DNA of 64,000 nucleotides from the human T2T-CHM13v2.0 reference genome, Homo sapiens, in assembly GCF_009914755.1 (NCBI RefSeq), contig NC_060932.1. One strand, 5' to 3'. Below are positions 62,692-64,000 of this stretch, piece by piece; position 1 is the stretch's first letter, and every line of letters begins with the position of its first letter. Under the pieces are notes generated by a model. It was not told where the DNA came from. It did no database searches and worked only from the letters and a program-made list of their open reading frames with translations. Made by a program: the position numbers and the translations under genes.

Positions 62692-63255
62692 GATCACACT
62701 TTAAAGACCAAAAGGTAGAAGCGCAAAGACGTTATCTGTCCAATATTACAAACCTAGTAAGTGGTGGAATTTGGCCTTGAACCCAGATCTGTAACTCCAG
62801 AGCCGAAGTGCTTCACCCACCTCCCTGTGGTGCCTCTACAGAAAAAGAGGTAAGCAGGCATTCCGAAAGCTGGTGGGCCGGGGGGCTGGCCTTGTACTCA
62901 GAAGCCATGGAAGTCCCACGTGGGGTGGCTAGTGGTGTAAGGACAGAGGTCTCGGATGGGCAGAGGGATGTGGACAGGCGCGAGGGCGCGCGGCAGGGAC
63001 TCGGGGGACTGGGAGTGGCGGCTCGGGGCTGCGGGAGGCGATTGGTGGAAGGACAGAGGTCTGGGAGGGGCAGAGGGATGTGGACAGGCCCGAGGGGCCG
63101 CGGCAGGGATTCCGGGGGACCGGGAGTGGGGGGTTGGGGTTACTCTTGGCTTTTTGCCCTCTCCTGCCGCCGGCTGCTCCAGTTTCTTTCGCTTTGCGGC
63201 GAGGTGGGCAGGGTGAGCTCTCGGGACTGATGGCGGTTTTGGAAGAGGCCTGGGG

Positions 63256-64000
63256 CTAAGGACAGGCCAGGGCGGCGGGAGAGGCGGACCGGTGGCGTGG
63301 CTGGATCTGGGCGCGCTGTCGGACCTTCCACATCACCAGCTGCAGGCAGGCGTTTGCGTCCTCGCTGGAGTTGTGGCCGTCCTGGCTGTCCTGGATGATC
63401 TGTGCCAGGTAGTCGGCCGCGAGATTCCTGAGGGAGCGCTTGTAGGGGAAACCCAGGTAGTGCGGGAAGAGCACGGCCGTGTCCACCACGGTGCTGTGGA
63501 TGAGCTTCAGGGCCAGCAGGTCGCTCTCCAGGCTGTGCCCGATGAGGATGGTTTGGGCGCTGAAAAAGCTCAGCAGGATGGCTTGGACTTGGGGCAACGT
63601 GATGCTCGTCTTGGCGACGTCGGCCTCGGTGACTCCGGAAAACCTGGTGTTGTAGTCCACGATCTCGTTGTCGGGCTTGACGAAGGTGTCGTACACCACT
63701 CGCATGTCGGCGTCCACCACGGTGACGCGGGTCAGCTCTAGGCCATGCGTGGTGTAGCACATCTCACAGTCCAAGGCGTAGATTCCTGGATAAGCGTCTC
63801 TGGACAACTCTTTCTTGAAGGTCTCCACGAAGCCATCGAGGCTCTCCTTGCGGCCGTCCCGCACGTGCTGCTTTGCCACCTGGCAGCCCACAGAGCCAGG
63901 AGCAGCTGCACAGCAGGTGTACTGGCTAACCCGGCCTCCAGCCACCTGGCTCGAGCGGACCCGCCCCCAGTGATAATAACACAACTGGTCGCGTACACAG
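63256..64000 (-). CDS. REXO1L1: REXO1-like (GOR) exonuclease retrogene, copy 5 (3' part; runs off window)
   Basis: C-terminal nuclease domain identical to the other copies. Confidence 0.88.
   Translation of the reverse strand, partial: CVRDQLCYYHWGRVRSSQVAGGRVSQYTCCAAAPGSVGCQVAKQHVRDGRKESLDGFVETFKKELSRDAYPGIYALDCEMCYTTHGLELTRVTVVDADMRVVYDTFVKPDNEIVDYNTRFSGVTEADVAKTSITLPQVQAILLSFFSAQTILIGHSLESDLLALKLIHSTVVDTAVLFPHYLGFPYKRSLRNLAADYLAQIIQDSQDGHNSSEDANACLQLVMWKVRQRAQIQPRHRSASPAALACP

Overview
Primate (almost certainly human) genomic DNA. Positions 1-~23,100 are AT-rich, gene-free and rich in repeats (Alu, L1, MaLR LTR, microsatellites). From ~23,108 to the end is the edge of a tandem gene array that I recognise as the REXO1L/GOR macrosatellite (human 8q21.2). 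It holds five minus-strand, intronless REXO1-derived DEDDh exonuclease ORFs (the fifth is cut by the window end). Stop-to-stop spacings are 11,907, 6,831, 6,837 and 12,190 bp, i.e. long (~12.19 kb) and short (~6.84 kb) units that differ by one 5,352-bp deletion. Each unit carries the retrogene, a TATA/CCAAT promoter, an Hsmar2 relic and a full or partial 5'-truncated L1PA. Main observations: (1) an open 108-codon in-frame extension after the TAG that contains the GOR epitope; (2) a 138-bp repeat that duplicates the start codon (1 vs 3 copies); (3) a diverged flank copy with the empty L1 site and the original poly(A) signal, which the array units lack; (4) CpG gain across the units; (5) DUX/PRD-like homeodomain motifs at the promoter. 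All comparisons were made by eye; repeat subfamily names and consensus comparisons are from memory.
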